DNA of 64,000 nucleotides from the NCBI GenBank assembly GCA_044229975.1, contig JBGARZ010000009.1, positions 32,001 through 96,000 of the forward strand. Reading direction: 5' to 3'. Numbering within the stretch: position 1 is the stretch's first letter; every line of letters starts with the position of its first letter. The notes under the pieces were generated by a model, which saw nothing but the letters and a program-made list of their open reading frames with translations, was not told the origin of the DNA and made no database searches. Positions 27,969 to 37,968 of this stretch are shown in pieces. Position numbers and translations under genes: made by a program. The stretch is from Polyangiales bacterium. Lineage in GTDB: Bacteria > Myxococcota_A > Polyangia > Polyangiales > Ga0077539.

Positions 27969-28706
27969 ATGGTCGCCCCTCGTCGCCCGCGATTGACGCC
28001 GCCCCACGCGCTCCCCGCCGTGGCCCATGGCCCGCCGCCCGTCCCCACCGACGCGCTGGTGCGGGCCGCGCGCAACGGTCACGCCCGCGCCTTTCAAGAG
28101 CTGGTGCGGCGCTTTCGCCCGCGCATCCGGGCCCTCGCCCTCCAGCTCACGGCCAATGCTTCCGATGCCGACGACGTGACCCAGGACGCGTTCCTGCGCG
28201 CCTGGGAGAACCTCGCCACCTTCGAGGGTCGCAGCGCCTTCTTCACCTGGATCTACCGCATCGCCGTCAACCGCGCGCTCCAGGTTCGGCAGCGCGCCGC
28301 GAGCCGCCCCTGCGTCGACCCCGATGACCCGCGCGTGGCCCTCGCGGTGGCCGTCGACGCCCACACCTCGCCCCACCACGCCATCGAGCTGCGCGAGCGT
28401 TACGGCCAGCTCCTGTGGGCCTTCGACCAGCTCTCGCCGCTGCTGCGCACCACCGTCGCGCTCACCACCCTCCAGGGGCTCAGCTACCCCGAGGCGGCCG
28501 CCGTTCTCAATGTGCCCGAGGGGACCATCGCGTGGCGCATGCACGAGGCCCGCGCGAAGCTCCGCGCCGCCCTCGACCGCTTCGGTGAAGCGCCCGTCGA
28601 GGCCCCCGAAGCGCCCCGTCGTCGCGCCCGGTCTGCCCAGCCGAGGGAGCGTGACCCCAACATCGCGTCGCTGGCCTTCGCGCTGGCGGCGGTGTTCCAG
28701 GGTTGA
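27969..28706 (+). CDS. ECF sigma-70 factor
   Basis: AFQELVRR, DADDVTQDAFLRAW..L.TF, FTWIYRIAVN, GLSYPEAA..L.VPEGTIAWRMHEAR. Confidence 0.92.
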   Translation: MVAPRRPRLTPPHALPAVAHGPPPVPTDALVRAARNGHARAFQELVRRFRPRIRALALQLTANASDADDVTQDAFLRAWENLATFEGRSAFFTWIYRIAVNRALQVRQRAASRPCVDPDDPRVALAVAVDAHTSPHHAIELRERYGQLLWAFDQLSPLLRTTVALTTLQGLSYPEAAAVLNVPEGTIAWRMHEARAKLRAALDRFGEAPVEAPEAPRRRARSAQPRERDPNIASLAFALAAVFQG

Positions 28707-28743
28707 CACCGCCCGACCCGACGCGATGTAACGTCCGCTGACG

Positions 28744-29061
28744 ATGTACCTCGGTCGCGTGGTCGGAACCTGCGTCGCCACCCAGCGCACCCCCAACCTG
28801 GAGGGCGTCCGGTTGTTGGTGGTGGAGCCCGTCGATGGCGACGGCAAGGTGACCGGAGCGCCCTTCGTCGCGGCCGATACGGTCAGCGCGGGCCCCGGTG
28901 AGCTGGTGTTTCTCGTGGGCGCGAGGGAGGCGTCGCTCGCACTGGAGCAGCCGTTTGTTCCGATCGACGCGGCCATCGTCGGGCTCGTCGATGAAGTGCA
29001 CCGCACCGACGGGGGCGCGGGCTTCCTGCGCGGCCGCGATGACCTCCGGGGTGCGCCGTGA
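28744..29061 (+). CDS. EutN/CcmL family microcompartment vertex protein (BMC-P)
   Basis: MYLGRVVGTCVATQR, VAADTVSAGPGELV, PIDAAIVGLVD. Confidence 0.93.
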   Translation: MYLGRVVGTCVATQRTPNLEGVRLLVVEPVDGDGKVTGAPFVAADTVSAGPGELVFLVGAREASLALEQPFVPIDAAIVGLVDEVHRTDGGAGFLRGRDDLRGAP

Positions 29062-29336
29062 AGATCGCCCGCGTCGTGGGGACGCTCACCGCCACGGTTC
29101 ACCAGGCTTCGTATGACGGCCAGACGCTGCTGCTCTGCGCGCCCGTCGATCCGAAGGGCGCGGTGACGGGGGAGACCTTCGTCGCGGTCGATCACGCGCA
29201 GGCGGGGGTCGGCGACACGGTGCTGGTCAACGCCGAGGGCGGCGGGGCGCGGCTGGTGTTCGGGCGCAAGCTCACCGACCCGCTGGCCATTCAAGACGTG
29301 ATCGTGGGCGTGGTCGACGCCTACCACGAGGGATAG
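29058..29336 (+). CDS. EutN/CcmL family microcompartment vertex protein (BMC-P)
   Basis: MKIARVVGTLTAT, VAVDHAQAGVGDTVLV..EG..AR, IVGVVD. Confidence 0.9.
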   Translation: MKIARVVGTLTATVHQASYDGQTLLLCAPVDPKGAVTGETFVAVDHAQAGVGDTVLVNAEGGGARLVFGRKLTDPLAIQDVIVGVVDAYHEG

Positions 29337-29338
29337 CG

Positions 29339-29980
29339 ATGGAGACGCGCACGCGGGAGGAGATCGTCCGCGCCTGCGGGTACCTCGTGACCCGCGGTTG
29401 GGTCGCCAACCACGACGGCAACGCGTCGGCGAAGGTGTCAGCGCAGCGCCTCGTGTGCACCCCGGGCGCGACGCACAAGGGCGCCATCCGGGCGCAAGAC
29501 CTGCTGGTCACCGACCCTGCGGGCAAGCTGCTCTCGGGGCGCGGAAAGACCTTCTCGGAGTACGCGCTGCACCTCGCGGTGTACCGGCTGCGGAAGGACG
29601 TTGGGGCCGTGGTGCACGCGCATCCGCCCTTCGCGACGGCGCTCGGGGCGTGCGGGCGCGAGCTGGTGACGTTCCTGCCGGAGGCGGTGGTGTCGCTGGG
29701 GGCGAAGGTTCCGCTGGTGCCCTTGGCGATGCCGGGTGGTGCGGCGGTGAAGGCCCTGGAGGGCTTCGTCTCGGGCTACGACGCGGTGCTCATCGCGGGC
29801 AACGGGGTGCTGTCCTGGGGCGACGATGTGGAGCAGGCGCTGCTGCGGCTGGAGCTGGTCGAGCACCTCGCCACCATCGCGACGCACGCGCAGGTGTGGG
29901 GCGGCCCGCAGCCGCTCCCGGCCGAGATGATTGCGTCGCTGCTGGAGGCGCGGAAGAAGGCGTTTCCCGGGCGAAGCTGA
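29339..29980 (+). CDS. Class II aldolase/adducin family protein
   Basis: DGNAS, TP, SEYALHLAVY, VVHAHPPFATA; the usual NHG motif reads GNG. Confidence 0.9.
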   Translation: METRTREEIVRACGYLVTRGWVANHDGNASAKVSAQRLVCTPGATHKGAIRAQDLLVTDPAGKLLSGRGKTFSEYALHLAVYRLRKDVGAVVHAHPPFATALGACGRELVTFLPEAVVSLGAKVPLVPLAMPGGAAVKALEGFVSGYDAVLIAGNGVLSWGDDVEQALLRLELVEHLATIATHAQVWGGPQPLPAEMIASLLEARKKAFPGRS

Positions 29981-29999
29981 CGGCGACGAAGGAACGACG

Positions 30000-31973
30000 A
30001 TGACGAGACTGGGATTGGCCTCCGTGATGGCGCTGGTGACGGTCATGGGCTGCAACCCGCTGGCCCCATCGGGAGACTTCGGCTCCGACAGCAGCGTCGA
30101 TGGCAGCACGACGGACATCGCCGTGGCGGCCGACGGCGAGACCAGCGACGCACAGGCGCTCGACGCCTCGGGCGATGGCGGAACCAAGCCGGGCGACGTG
30201 CCGGTCGTCACCGACGTCACCAAGACCGACGACGTCCCGGTCGCGCCCGACGCGAGCATCGACGACGTGCCCGTGACGCCCGACGACGTCCTCGTGAAGC
30301 CCGACGCGAGCGTCGACGACGTCCCCGTGACGCCGGTGGATGTGCCGGTGACGCCGGATGATGTCCCCGTGCCGCCCGTGGATGTGCCGGTCACGCCGGT
30401 CGACGTCCCGACCCCCATCGACGTCCCGACGCCGATCGACATCCCGGTCACGCCCATCGATGTGCCCGTGCCGCCGGTCGATGTCCCGACGCCTCCCGTG
30501 GATGTGCCGCCGGCGGTCGACGTGCCTCCGGCGGTCGACCCGTGCCTCGCGCCGGTCAACCTCAACGCCGCCGGGTCGCTCTCGGGGTCGGTGCTCCGAT
30601 ACGTCGGCAACAACACCGCCACGTCGACTGCCACCACGTACAGCGCGTGTACCCGCATCGGCCACGTGCTCGCCTTCTCGTACACCACGCGCACGCTCAC
30701 GCGGCTCCAGGTGTCGACCGACAACGCGGGCACGGCCGCCAGCTTCGACACCGTGGCCTTCTCGCAAGACCGCTGCGTGGCGACCGGCGCGAGGTCGCTC
30801 GGCTGCGACGACGACAGCGGCAGCACCCGCAGCCGTTCGTCGGTGTTCACCACCGCGGCGCTCCCGGCGGGGACGACGGTGTTCCTCTTCGTCGCGGGCT
30901 ACGAGCCGCCCACCGACGCCGCGTGGACCTCCGCGGGCCCCTTCGAGCTCAGCGTCACGGAGCTCCCTCCGCTCCCCATCATCCCGATCGGCGGCGTCTG
31001 CGACTCCACCGGCGCGACCAACGTGTGCGCCGCCGCGTCGTCGTGCCGCCTCTCCGCGGGCACCTACCGCTGCATCGCCGACGGCGCCCTCGGCGGAACC
31101 TGCCGCGCCGCCGCCCCCCGCTGCGACTCGCCCTCCGAGTGCAACACCGGCACGTCGCTGTGCCAGCCCGCCGCGGGCACCAACGGCGGCTACTGCCGCC
31201 TCTCTGCGACGCCGTGTGACGCGGGCCTCGGCTGCTCGCCCACGGGCTCGCCCATGTGTCGACCCGTGGTGGCCGACGGCGCGAGCTGCGACCCGACCTC
31301 CTTGGCCAACGTGTGCCTCGGCGCCGCGCAGTGCCTCGGCGCGGCGGGCAGCGCGACCTGCCGACGGTTCTTCACCGAGACGCCCATCCCCTCGCCGACC
31401 TTCGTCGACGCCTGCGCCCTGGGCACGCGCGTCACGCTCGCCGGCACCGGCGGTCGCGACGACAACCACGCCGCGGCGCTCACCAGCATTCCGTGGACGT
31501 TCATGTTCTTCGGCACGCCGGCGCTCAACTTCTGGCCGAGCACCAACGGCTTCATCCACTTCGGGACGACGGCGCCGCCCGACGACACCGGCGGTCACGC
31601 CTCCATCCCCGACACCGGCGCGGGTCCCATCATCGCGCCGCTCTGGGACGACCTCGTGCTGCGCGCGTCGCCCGGCTCCGACCTCTGCGTCGCGACCGTC
31701 GGCACGACCCCCAATCGCCGCATGGTGATCGAGTGGCTCGACGCCTACCGCTACACCGTCAACGAGGCGCACATCACCATGGAGGTCGTGCTCTACGAGC
31801 GCGGCTCGGTCATCGACTTCGTCTACAACCGCCTCGAAGGTCCCGCCGGGTCGACCGCCTCCGTCGACGGCAGCCGCGCCACGGTCGGCATCCAGAACGC
31901 CAACGGCGTCCTCCACGTCATCCACCCCGGAACGGTCTCCACCGCGACGGGCATCCGCATCACCCCGCTCTGA
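30000..31973 (+). CDS. Lipoprotein with a PVDVP repeat stalk, Cys-rich segment and nidogen-like C-terminal domain
   Basis: VMGC lipobox; (P.DVP)n; CDDD; STNGFIHF, IIAPLWDDL, VIEW. Confidence 0.8.
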   Translation: MTRLGLASVMALVTVMGCNPLAPSGDFGSDSSVDGSTTDIAVAADGETSDAQALDASGDGGTKPGDVPVVTDVTKTDDVPVAPDASIDDVPVTPDDVLVKPDASVDDVPVTPVDVPVTPDDVPVPPVDVPVTPVDVPTPIDVPTPIDIPVTPIDVPVPPVDVPTPPVDVPPAVDVPPAVDPCLAPVNLNAAGSLSGSVLRYVGNNTATSTATTYSACTRIGHVLAFSYTTRTLTRLQVSTDNAGTAASFDTVAFSQDRCVATGARSLGCDDDSGSTRSRSSVFTTAALPAGTTVFLFVAGYEPPTDAAWTSAGPFELSVTELPPLPIIPIGGVCDSTGATNVCAAASSCRLSAGTYRCIADGALGGTCRAAAPRCDSPSECNTGTSLCQPAAGTNGGYCRLSATPCDAGLGCSPTGSPMCRPVVADGASCDPTSLANVCLGAAQCLGAAGSATCRRFFTETPIPSPTFVDACALGTRVTLAGTGGRDDNHAAALTSIPWTFMFFGTPALNFWPSTNGFIHFGTTAPPDDTGGHASIPDTGAGPIIAPLWDDLVLRASPGSDLCVATVGTTPNRRMVIEWLDAYRYTVNEAHITMEVVLYERGSVIDFVYNRLEGPAGSTASVDGSRATVGIQNANGVLHVIHPGTVSTATGIRITPL

Positions 31974-32185
31974 TGGCCACCGTCGCCGACTGCCCCTGGT
32001 GCCGTCGCCCGCGCACCGCCGTCACCTGCTCGTGCCGGGGCTGCGTGGATCTCGTTCCCTACTGTGAGTGCGACGACGCGAGCGAAGACATGCTCGCCCA
32101 CGAGGGGCTCTGCCCCGGCTGCCGTGAGGCGGGCTGCGTCGATCGCCTCGCCGCCTTCGAGCGCTGCCACCGCCTCGCGCGCTGA
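31973..32185 (+). CDS. Small Cys-rich hypothetical protein (70 aa)
   Basis: TGATG overlap with the upstream stop; CPWC, CSCRGC, CEC, CPGC motifs. Confidence 0.55.
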   Translation: MATVADCPWCRRPRTAVTCSCRGCVDLVPYCECDDASEDMLAHEGLCPGCREAGCVDRLAAFERCHRLAR

Positions 32186-32186
32186 C

Positions 32187-32978
32187 TCAGCTCGCCGCGA
32201 AGACCTCACCCACCGACGCTGCCGTCACCGCTCGCGTCACCCACGCGACCAGCGTCGCGAGCTCGCGCGTGCCCACGATGCGCGCCGCGTCGTCGTCCGA
32301 CAACGACCAACCCCGCGCGGTGATGCTCGCCCGCAGCGCCGCACGCAATGCCTCGACGCCTTCGTCGCGCCCTGCTTCGAAGCCCTCATCGCGCAGCATC
32401 TCCGGGCTGCCGTAACCCTTCGCTGCCAGCAGGTTGCGCAGCGTCACGTCGTGGGCCGCCTCCCGATCGTAGAGCGCCCGCACCGGCACCGGCAGCGCCA
32501 GTACACCCGGCGCCGAGAGCGTCGCCTCGTCGCCCACCGTTCGCATCGCGGTCCCCGGCTCGTGGATCTCCACCCGACGCGGGCCCACCAGCCGAACCAC
32601 CCAAACCCACCGCGTGCCGGCCGCCAGGAGCTCGGCGATCTTCTTCTTCAGTTCAGCCTCGTCCTGGCCGCGCCCCTCGTACTCCACGGCCAGCGGGGTG
32701 CTGGTCGCCCAGGTTCCGTCGCCCGACTCGAAGTTCACCGCCACGTCGGGCGCGCGGAGTGTGCCCGGCCCGAGCGCGAGGCCCGTGTCGACGCCCGCGC
32801 GGCGCACCGCCGGGTCGCTGTCGAGCACCGCGAAGCCCAGGCCGTTGGGGGACGTCCCGTCGACGCCCGTCGGCGCGCAGTACACCGGGTGTCCGTGCGA
32901 CAGCTCGTACGGGTCGCCCGATCGAACTTGCTCGGGACGAAACGGCCCCGGTTGCGTCTTGTGACCGCCGTCGTTCAT
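32187..32978 (-). CDS. Uma2/DUF820 family PD-(D/E)xK nuclease-like protein
   Basis: YELSHG, RAPDVAV, LAVEY, KKIAELLAAGTRWVWVV; GGAGG RBS upstream. Confidence 0.82.
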   Translation of the reverse strand: MNDGGHKTQPGPFRPEQVRSGDPYELSHGHPVYCAPTGVDGTSPNGLGFAVLDSDPAVRRAGVDTGLALGPGTLRAPDVAVNFESGDGTWATSTPLAVEYEGRGQDEAELKKKIAELLAAGTRWVWVVRLVGPRRVEIHEPGTAMRTVGDEATLSAPGVLALPVPVRALYDREAAHDVTLRNLLAAKGYGSPEMLRDEGFEAGRDEGVEALRAALRASITARGWSLSDDDAARIVGTRELATLVAWVTRAVTAASVGEVFAAS

Positions 32979-33027
32979 CCATCCCACGCTACCACCTCCG
33001 TCTTCGTCGTCGCATCCCACGGGACGA

Positions 33028-33065
33028 GGGCCCGCGCGGGCGTGTCGCATCACCCGCGCGGACCC
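33028..33065 (-). terminator. GC-rich hairpin downstream of recA
   Basis: GGGCCCGCGCGGG ... CCCGCGCGGACCC (13-bp stem, 1 mismatch); no U tract. Confidence 0.4.
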
Positions 33066-33088
33066 GTTCACTCCGTCGCTCTCCGTCG

Positions 33089-34123
<1,035 letters not shown>

Positions 34124-34183
34124 CGTCTTCACCGTGTCGTTCTTTCCGACCGCCACTCCGTGTGGGGTCGGAGCAGCCCTATC

Positions 34184-34198
34184 GCGAAGCCCGTGCCA
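34184..34198 (-). promoter_or_regulatory. Putative sigma-54 (-24/-12) promoter for recA
   Basis: Minus strand reads TGGCACGGGCTTCGC: correct GG-N10-GC spacing and one mismatch to TGGCACG-N4-TTGC. Confidence 0.6.
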
Positions 34199-34230
34199 TC
34201 CGAAAAGTGCTTGTTTTCAAGCATCGCGTG

Positions 34231-34274
34231 GGTGGCGGCGGGTGGCGGCGGGGGTGGCGGCGGAGGTGGCGGCG
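34231..34274. repeat. Four GGTGGCGGCG direct repeats in intergenic DNA
   Basis: Copies start at 34231, 34241, 34253 and 34265. Confidence 0.75.
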
Positions 34275-34369
34275 CCCACGACAGACCGACGTCATCACCG
34301 CACCCCGCGGGTCATGGACCTCACTCGTCGCGCTCATGTAGCTTCGCGCCCGACGAGGCCCAATCCCCC

Positions 34370-37300
34370 ATGCGAACACCCTTCCTTCTCCTCCTCTGCG
34401 CGTCCTTCGTGGTCGCCTGCAACGCCAGCGGCGGCGGCACCACCATCACCTACGCCGACTCGTCGCCCCCCATCGACGCCGTCACCGGCATCGACCAGCC
34501 CGTCGCCCCGACCGACGCGGTCACGCCCGGCGACACCTTGGTCGTCCGCGACGGCGCCGTCGACGCGGGCGACGCGGCCACGCCGGGTGATGTGGTCACG
34601 CCGACGGACGTTCCCATCATGCCGACGCCCTGTCGCTCGACCCGCGACTGCGCCGCCGGCGTGTGTGACCGCGTCGTCGGTCGCTGCGTGCAGTGCGTGA
34701 GCGGCGCCGAGTGCTCGGGCGCCACCCCGGTCTGCGCCGCCAACCGCTGCGTCGCGGGCGTCACCTGCGCCTCGTCACGCACCTGCCCCGGCCAGGTCTG
34801 CGACACCACCCAGAGCTTCTGCGCCGACTGCGTCACCGACGCCGACTGCATGGGCGGCAACGTCTGCATCCGCAACAACTGCCGCCCCGCCCCGACGCCG
34901 TGCACCTCGTCGCGGCAGTGCAGCGCCTCCGACCAGGTCTGTGACTCCTCGCGCAACCAGTGCGTGGACTGCGTCGCCGACCCCGACTGCGTCGCCGGGG
35001 AGTTCTGCACGCCGCAGCGGACGTGTGTTCCGCAGGTGTGCACGCCGGGCGCCCGCGAGTGCCTCGACCTGCGCCGCCTGCGCGTCTGCAACGCCAACGG
35101 CAGCGCCTGGGACGAGAGCCCCTGCGGCGTCAGCTCGTCCTGCGTCGACGGCCGCTGCCAGTCCTGGGTGTGCACCCCCGCTTCGCAGAGCTGCTCGTCC
35201 ATGACCGAGCGGCGCGTCTGCAACGCCGACGGCCTCGGGTACTCGCCCTCCGCGTGCGCGCCCATGCAGTCGTGTTCGAGCGGGACGTGCCGCGCCTGGA
35301 GCTGCACCCCGGGCGCCACCACCTGCGGCTCGTCGACGTCGGTCACCGTCTGCAACGCCGATGGCCTGGGCACGCGCGCGATGTCGTGCCCGAGCAGCTC
35401 CACCTGCACCAGCGGTCGCTGCAACGCGTGGGTGTGCGTTCCGGGCACCTACGACTGCGAGTCATCCACCAGCCGGCGCGTGTGCAACGCCGACGGCCTC
35501 GGGTACTCGCCCGCGCCCTGCACGCTGCCCGCCCACGGCGCGGCCTCGACGTGCTCGGGCGGCGCGTGCGGCTTCTCGTGCGAGAGCGGCTGGGGCAACT
35601 GCGACGGCGCATCATCCAACGGCTGCGAGACCGACCTCTCGTCGAGCGGATCGCACTGCGGCGCCTGCGGGCAGCTGTGCAGCTCCACGTCGGGCGCGAG
35701 CAGCGCGTGCGTGGCGGGCGCCTGCCGGGTCACCTGCCTGCCCAACTTCGGCGACTGCGACATGGTCGCGGCCAACGGCTGCGAGGTCTCGACCACGAGC
35801 GACGTGCGCAACTGCGGCGCCTGCGGAGCGATGTGCGCCGCGCGGCCCAACAGCGTGGCGTCGTGCACCGTGGGCCGCTGCGCGTACGTCTGCCAGAGCG
35901 GCTACGGTGATTGCGACGGCGACCCGAGCAACGGGTGCGAGCGCTCGCTCAACACCGACCTCGCGCACTGCGGTCGCTGCGACAACGCGTGCCCCACGGG
36001 GCCCAACGCGCAGGTCGCTTGCAGCTTCGGGAGCTGCTCCTTCGCGTGCACGACGGGCTTCGCGAGCTGCGACGGGACCAACGCCAACGGCTGCGAGGTG
36101 TCGGTGCGCACCGACCTCGCGAACTGCGGCGCCTGCGGCCGAACGTGCGCCCCGGCCAACGCGACGGGCGTGTGCTCGGCGGCGACGTGCTCGGTCGGGG
36201 CGTGCAACACGGGCTACGCGGACTGCGACGCGGCGGCGTCCAACGGGTGCGAGACCAACCTCGGGACGAGCATCACCAACTGCGGGGCGTGCGGGACGGT
36301 GTGCCCGGGGTCGGGCGTTCCGGGGACGACGGTGACCTGCTCGCCGGGCGGCGTGTGCGGGGCGATGTGCACCGCGGGCTTCAGCGACTGCGACCTGATG
36401 GCGAGCAACGGGTGCGAGGCCAACGTCGCCTCCGACGCGCGCAACTGCGGCGCCTGCGGAACGGTCTGCCCCACCGGGCAGAGTTGCGTCGGGCGGGTGT
36501 GCACGGCGGCGTCCCCGGCGCAGCTCTCCATCGCGCGCTACGGGCACGCGGCGGCGGCGACCGCCAGCGGCATCCTCTACGCCTGGGGCGGGTACAGCAC
36601 CGTCAGCAGCACGTACCTCTCGTCCACCGAGATGTACGACCCGGCGACCAACACCTGGACGACCCGCGCGTCGATGCCCGTCGCGACCTGGGGCATCGTG
36701 GGCACGACGCTGGCCGACGGTCGGCTCATCAGCATCAGCGGGTACGCCAACTCGGCGATGACCTCCGCGGTGCACCTCTACAACCCGACGACCAACACCT
36801 GGACGACCACCGGGTCGGTGCTCAACGCGCGGTACATGGCCGCGGCGTCGCGGGGCCTCGACGGCAAGGTGTACCTCTTCGGCGGGCGCAACAGCTCGTC
36901 CAACCTGTTCACCGCCGAGGTCTATGACCCCGCGACGGGGGTGTGGACCAACATCCGAGCCATTCCCACGGCGCGCCAGGGCGGCACCGCGGTGACGGCG
37001 GCCGACGGTCGCATCTATCTCATCGGCGGCTCGACGGACACGTCGGGCTCCGTCGCGGCGCTCACCGTGGACATCTACGACCCGGTCTCCAACACCTACG
37101 CGGTGGGCCCGGCTCTCCCGACCGGCGGAGGCCGCGTCTACCCGGGCGCCGCGTTTGGCACCAACGGCGTGCTCTACATCGCGGGCGGCCTCTCGCCCAC
37201 GACGTCGACCTACCTCGCCACGGCCGTCTCGCTCGCGTCGGGCTCGTCGAGCTACACCACGATCGCCTCCATGGCGACGGCGCGCGGCTATGCGCGGATG

Positions 37301-37402
37301 CTCCCGCTGCTCGACGGCCGACTCTTCACCATCGGCGGCTACACGGGCTCGACCTTCAACCGGGTCGAGGCGTACACGCCGGCCAACAACACCTGGCGCT
37401 GA
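34370..37402 (+). CDS. Large Cys-rich repeat lipoprotein with a C-terminal Kelch beta-propeller
   Basis: VVAC lipobox; RVCNADG repeats; CD..NGCE..NCGACG repeats; about six Kelch repeats (GG..YDP..NTW). Confidence 0.88.
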   Translation: MRTPFLLLLCASFVVACNASGGGTTITYADSSPPIDAVTGIDQPVAPTDAVTPGDTLVVRDGAVDAGDAATPGDVVTPTDVPIMPTPCRSTRDCAAGVCDRVVGRCVQCVSGAECSGATPVCAANRCVAGVTCASSRTCPGQVCDTTQSFCADCVTDADCMGGNVCIRNNCRPAPTPCTSSRQCSASDQVCDSSRNQCVDCVADPDCVAGEFCTPQRTCVPQVCTPGARECLDLRRLRVCNANGSAWDESPCGVSSSCVDGRCQSWVCTPASQSCSSMTERRVCNADGLGYSPSACAPMQSCSSGTCRAWSCTPGATTCGSSTSVTVCNADGLGTRAMSCPSSSTCTSGRCNAWVCVPGTYDCESSTSRRVCNADGLGYSPAPCTLPAHGAASTCSGGACGFSCESGWGNCDGASSNGCETDLSSSGSHCGACGQLCSSTSGASSACVAGACRVTCLPNFGDCDMVAANGCEVSTTSDVRNCGACGAMCAARPNSVASCTVGRCAYVCQSGYGDCDGDPSNGCERSLNTDLAHCGRCDNACPTGPNAQVACSFGSCSFACTTGFASCDGTNANGCEVSVRTDLANCGACGRTCAPANATGVCSAATCSVGACNTGYADCDAAASNGCETNLGTSITNCGACGTVCPGSGVPGTTVTCSPGGVCGAMCTAGFSDCDLMASNGCEANVASDARNCGACGTVCPTGQSCVGRVCTAASPAQLSIARYGHAAAATASGILYAWGGYSTVSSTYLSSTEMYDPATNTWTTRASMPVATWGIVGTTLADGRLISISGYANSAMTSAVHLYNPTTNTWTTTGSVLNARYMAAASRGLDGKVYLFGGRNSSSNLFTAEVYDPATGVWTNIRAIPTARQGGTAVTAADGRIYLIGGSTDTSGSVAALTVDIYDPVSNTYAVGPALPTGGGRVYPGAAFGTNGVLYIAGGLSPTTSTYLATAVSLASGSSSYTTIASMATARGYARMLPLLDGRLFTIGGYTGSTFNRVEAYTPANNTWR

Positions 37403-37406
37403 GGGC

Positions 37407-37853
37407 CTAGCGCGGTCCGGGCGCGCCCGCGGCGATCCACGCGCGCACCGTCGCCCGCTGCTCGGTCGTGAGCAGCGGCTCTCCCTGCGGCATCGACACT
37501 CCACACACCATCGGCATCGCGCGGCACTCGGCCACGTCGGCCATCCGGCCTTCCAGCTTGGTCATCAGGAACGAACCCGCCGGGTCACCCGGCGCCACCC
37601 GCGGCAGCCGCGGAACCTCGAAGGACGGTGCCAGCAGGGCCGACCGTGCGTCCGCGGCCGAGCCGGTGAGGGTGAGCGACCCGGCGATGCCGCCGTGACA
37701 CGTGGAGAAGTTGCAGCTCGCCGTGAAGATGGTCGCGACCGCCTCCCAGGTGGCGGACACGCCCGCGTCAGGGGTCACCGCGGGAGACGGATCACCCCCG
37801 CACGCCGCCAATACCGCCGTCATCGCACCGCCCGCCATCCACGCTGATCGCAC
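37407..37853 (-). CDS. Lipoprotein, planctomycete-type cytochrome c-like domain with a CX4CH motif
   Basis: LAAC lipobox; CNFSTCH; VAPGDPAGSFLMTKL; MP; WIAAGA. Confidence 0.72.
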   Translation of the reverse strand: MRSAWMAGGAMTAVLAACGGDPSPAVTPDAGVSATWEAVATIFTASCNFSTCHGGIAGSLTLTGSAADARSALLAPSFEVPRLPRVAPGDPAGSFLMTKLEGRMADVAECRAMPMVCGVSMPQGEPLLTTEQRATVRAWIAAGAPGPR

Positions 37854-37968
37854 GGCCGGGATGGGAGCCGATGGGGCGGTCGGGCGTCAACCACGCGCTG
37901 TCGTTGCGGAGAGCCTACGCAAACTTGAGCGGGTCGCCGTGTTGACGGCGGTCGCGAGGTGCCGTGAC

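Noticed and set aside
28703..28734. Sigma-70 promoter (TTGACA ... TAACGT) before the BMC-P genes
   Set aside because: The spacer is 20 bp, too long to support the call.
30200..30545. DNA repeat array
   Set aside because: Explained by the in-frame PVDVP protein linker; copies differ at synonymous positions.
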